Assembly: GCF_028641065.1 (NCBI RefSeq)
Contig: NC_073381.1
Location: forward strand, 81,716,001-81,780,000
DNA: 64,000 bases
Origin: Leucoraja erinacea
Lineage: Eukaryota
Direction: 5' to 3'
The notes under the pieces were generated by a model. That model was not told the DNA's origin. It searched no databases and saw nothing but the letters and a program-made list of their open reading frames with translations. Positions 59,991 through 64,000 of this stretch are shown piece after piece (within the stretch, counting starts at the first letter, position 1; every line of letters begins with the position of its first letter). The position numbers and the translations under genes are program-made.

Positions 59991-61398
59991 CAAGCGCAAC
60001 CGGTGGAGGTGGTGGATGGCGGGTCGCTACGGGGCGGGTCTCTCTGTCTCTGTCTCTGCCTCTCTGCCTGCCTCTCTCTGTCTCTGTGTCTCTCTCTGCC
60101 AGGAAGTCCCTCAGATCTGAACCACACAGTGCATTGTGGACAGGCGAAGATGGAGGCTCCCCGGTCCACATTACCTCCTTGAAGGAGTTTCATATCTTCC
60201 TTTCTACTGACTAAACCAAACCCATGGTCCTGTCCCGCCAGCCTTTTTTCAAAATTTAGCAACTCAAAATGGGGGTCTTTCGACGCAGGTGCTTCTTCAT
60301 TGTCGGGAAATACGCTAATTGTCCCGATTCTGTTCTGATCTTCAGTTCTGTGATCTTTTAAACTGTTACAATGAGACCAACAAAGGGTCTCAGTCATGAA
60401 ATATTGACTCTTTCTGTAGATCCGGTCTAATCTGTTGTTTCCAATATTTTCTGTTTTTTATTTCAAATTGTCAGTATCTGTGGTTGTCTTTTAATTCATG
60501 GATCCATTAACTAAATTCCAGCCTATGTGATCTATACCCTGTAAATTAATTACTAAAAATATTCTAATTCTGATGGAGTCCAACCAAATAGTGTAGTTCT
60601 TTCTGCTGAAATGTTGGTGATATTGTCCCAAGGAAAAGAATCCTGCTTTCTCACATTTAGTCATGCATTCATATTCCTACTTGGCCTACTCCCACATCAA
60701 TTTTCTTATAGCCAGCCAATGATCCAGATATTATAAGCCTTATGCTCCTGTATAATTTTGCTCCAGGCTCCTGATATTTTTTCAGAACGATCACTTTCTC
60801 ACTGTTTCCAGTGTTGTTCTTCCCAGAATAGATCGCAACAACTGGATCCTTTCTTTGCAATATAATTTCAATCTGACTGAAATTCTTTCCTGCCCTGTCA
60901 TGTATCATACATGCATATACATTGGCCTCTTGATCCTGTTGAAATTTCAGACAAAAATCTTTACAATCAGTGAATTTCTACATTCTGAAATTCAATTCAG
61001 TGTTAACTGAATATAATTTTAAAACTCTTAATTCAGGATTGGATTGTTTTCTGATTTCATTTCTCCTTTTTTGCTGAACCAGAAGCCATGAATGGCCTGT
61101 TATTTCAAATTTCTTTGATAATGGATGTCAATAAACAGCTGAATCCATGGATGAAATATTTTTATTTATAGAGCACATGAAGGATGTGGGCCACCCAGAA
61201 AAGACGTAGCAATTGACCCAAAGTCAGTTTTGTGAGATAGTAGATTACGATTAAATACATATCCTGTCACAGATTTAACCCATGCTTTTAGTGGTCCAGA
61301 AGAAGCATGTTTATAAATTTATTTCAAAGGATGTTTATAAATTTGTAGACATAATGGAATAATCGGATAATTTTAATGTTCTTATTTCTCAAAATAAG

Positions 61399-61536
61399 GA
61401 TCTGGAGAGAAATTTGGAGCTGACCAACAACAGCTTCCTGAGACAAGTTACTTCTGAGCGCAAAAAGACACAAGAGGCACAGGAAGATGTTCGCAATCTC
61501 CAGGAGGAAATTCAACGCCTTGGTCAAAAATTAAAA
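61399..61536 (+). CDS. LCA5: Lebercilin coding exon 3 (138 nt, DLERNLELTNNSFLRQVTSERKK...LGQKLK)
   Basis: Acceptor AG at 61397-61398, phase 0/0, donor GTATTT. Aligns with human [23 protein letters not shown]...LYHKLK. Not present in the ORF track. Confidence 0.92.
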
Positions 61537-62421
61537 GTATTTCACCACTTTATAGTTTTGACAAATAAGTAATAGATCTTTCAGCCAAAAAGCAGCAATA
61601 TACAGGTTATTTTTTAGATATAAAAAAAATTAAATTACTTCTGCAAAGTTAATCGTCAATTTAGAATAGATTTAATATAACTACAGGGTACTATATATAT
61701 TGCTAACAAAGTTACAACTATTTTTGCATTGATAAGCATCACTGCATCATTTAATTTTCAAAGTCACAATACAGATTATGGCCCATAATTGAATTTTGTT
61801 TTGTTCTTTGTTACCATTTATCACACCAAGATTTACCATAAGGCTTTGAAAACATTCCTGATTAATCAGGCCGGGTAGAAATAAAGATGTTTCTGGAATT
61901 GTTAAAAGGCCTATTGTCAAATATCCATCAGAAAAGGAAATTTTATCTCAGAAAATTAAAATCCTCAAGAAGCTCTTATCTTCAATCTCTAATCTTTTAA
62001 ATAAGAAATAAGATCTGTTTTTCCAACACAAACAAAGTAATGAAATTAATAGAAACAAGATGTCCTCCTTTACTTCTCTATAATGATTTCTGTTATGATT
62101 TTGCACTGAATGGTTTAATAATCAATTATTCATCGGCAAGGTAACATAAATGAGCGAAAAAAAAAATTGAAAAAGATGACAGAAAAGCAGTGGATTTGTC
62201 CTTGTGCTTCTTTAACATGAAACCAGAACTCCATAATAACTCAATTAGTAAATTTGCTCTCCAGTTCGAGAAATTCTATGTTTGATCTGGATTTAGTTGC
62301 ACCTAGCCAAGATGGTATTAGGTTCATAATATTTAGTCTCAGGATACTCGGGGTGGGAAGAAATAGGCTGAATTGTTGGTGTTTCTTTAAAAATGATAAA
62401 ATTATTTTGTATTTTTCAAAG

Positions 62422-62518
62422 GAGAAGGAAAAAGAGCTTGACGTGAGGAATATTTATGCCAATCGCATACTGAAATCATCACCAAAGAAAGAAATTGAAA
62501 ACACACCTAAGAGAAAAG
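62422..62518 (+). CDS. LCA5: Lebercilin coding exon 4 (97 nt, EKEKELDVRNIYANRILKSSPKKE...)
   Basis: Acceptor AG at 62420-62421, donor G|GTATCT. Aligns with human [24 protein letters not shown]. Confidence 0.92.
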
Positions 62519-63203
62519 GTATCTCTGATTGCTAAAAGTATTGTAGGTTCTGTCAAGGCTAATATTTTTAAAAATGTTTGCATTTTGCAAAAACAGCCTA
62601 GAAATTCTGTTATGTATCATTTACACTCTCTGATGGGTTCAGCCTATCCCAGTCTCTGAAAATTACAAAATAATAATTTTCTTGATTTTTTTTAATTTCA
62701 TGTGATGTTTGGTACATTTATTTAAAGTCAAATAACTGGTGGGGTGGATTGGGTTTAAAACTAAATAAGAGGTGAGAGAGGGAGGTACCTGGTGAAGAGG
62801 TTTGAATAATCTACTCCTGGTCATACTTTTGTGCATGTATTGTTTCACGATGTTATCCCCATTGTTCAAAGCCACTGTGTAGAAAGCAAAAAGCAAAATG
62901 CTGAATTTTTGCACTCTATTGGATTTTAAATAGGCACAATACTATCCCAAGATTAAAAAAACATAATTGGGTAATTTCACTGTCACTATAATTTGTGACA
63001 AAAATTGAGTTGGAGCGTACAATTAATTGAAAATCAAAAGGTACAGACAGAAACATAGACATAGAAGCATAGACAATGGGTGCAAGAGTAGGCCATTTGG
63101 CCCTTCGAGCCAGCACTGCCATTCAATATGATCATGGCTGATCATCCAAAATCAGTTCCTGCTTTCCCCCCATATCCCTCGATTCTGTTAGCCCTAAGAG
63201 CTA

Positions 63204-64000
63204 TGTAATGGTAAAATTCCGACCTTTCCAGTACCTTGCCATTACTACACAAGTAAGTAGGAGTGATCTTACGCAGACCTAATAGAACAGATCTTCCAGT
63301 GTTATTTCCAGTTTAATTGGTTGTTTATTGAAGTAGTTGTACAAACAAAAAAATGAATGTACCAGGCTTTCCTTATTTTGCATGCAAGTTGTAGCTGGCT
63401 GCTCTGTCCCTGGTCTATTGTATCAGGTCTTCCTGTCTGAGAATGCTTAGCTGAGAAACAGGCATGGTCTTATGTGTGAATACATCAGATAGTTGAATAG
63501 AATCATCTTTGGCCAGACTAGATATTTCCAAACCTGAGATATGATAACTGATCACAGGCTTCACTTGGTTCATGGTACGCAAGAGAATATTTGTCTCTTG
63601 TCCGGTAATGTTCAGCCTTCTCATCAAGCTTTCTGTGCAAAAGGTTGATGAATTTCCATGATCCATAAAATGCGTATGTTTGCAACACTGTGTCCCCCTT
63701 GTGGCTCTTTATCTGTACTGGTACAATGGGGGAAGATACAGGCTTCATCACCGGCCCCAAAATGCCCACACATACGAGGTGAGAGACCAGCATTACTCAC
63801 AATTGGCTTCTCATTCTGTTCTGTACATTCTGGCTACTTTTTGTCCTTTTGTTCAAAGTGGAGTATTTCAGGATGATTTTGGCTGCTCACATCACAAGTC
63901 AAACGACTCTTGCAGTCTTTGCTCATGTGTCCTCTTTTCAAACATCCAAAGCAGTTCCCTTCTCCTTTAAGAAGTCTATCCTTTGTGTGACCACTTTCAT
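63204..64000 (-). mobile_element. BEL/Pao LTR retrotransposon fragment (gag zinc knuckle, aspartic protease, probable LTR end)
   Basis: CFGCLKRGHMSKDC knuckle near 63910-63955; PIVPVQIKS..TYAF/DHGNSSTFCTESLM protease motif with a frameshift; the minus strand ends ..CATTACA at 63204. Confidence 0.75.

Overview
Vertebrate nuclear DNA, most likely a cartilaginous fish (skate/ray-like repeat content). The window spans the head-to-head gene pair SH3BGRL2 (minus strand; only coding exon 1 at 33084-33128, with the left ~33 kb apparently its intron 1) and LCA5/lebercilin (plus strand; CpG-island promoter at ~42.2-42.9 kb with three RFX X-box-like motifs, and four coding exons at 47301-47634, 55529-56052, 61399-61536 and 62422-62518; the gene continues past the window). 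The rest is dense with transposable elements: CR1, L2, Rex/Babar, Tx1 and HERO-like LINE fragments, Penelope-like pseudo-LTRs with minimal hammerhead ribozyme cores, a degenerate DIRS element with a methyltransferase-like domain, a BEL/Pao fragment, and hAT and Tc1/pogo-type non-autonomous DNA transposons. The most unusual structure is a nested cluster at 19.6-26.9 kb. Removing two later insertions there reconstructs one reading frame (with a single nonsense codon) that fuses a Gypsy-type Gag N-terminus, about 17 seven-residue repeats and two ASPM-like IQ motifs. Family assignments come from recognising motifs by eye, not from database searches, and TE boundaries without a stated TSD or TIR are approximate.
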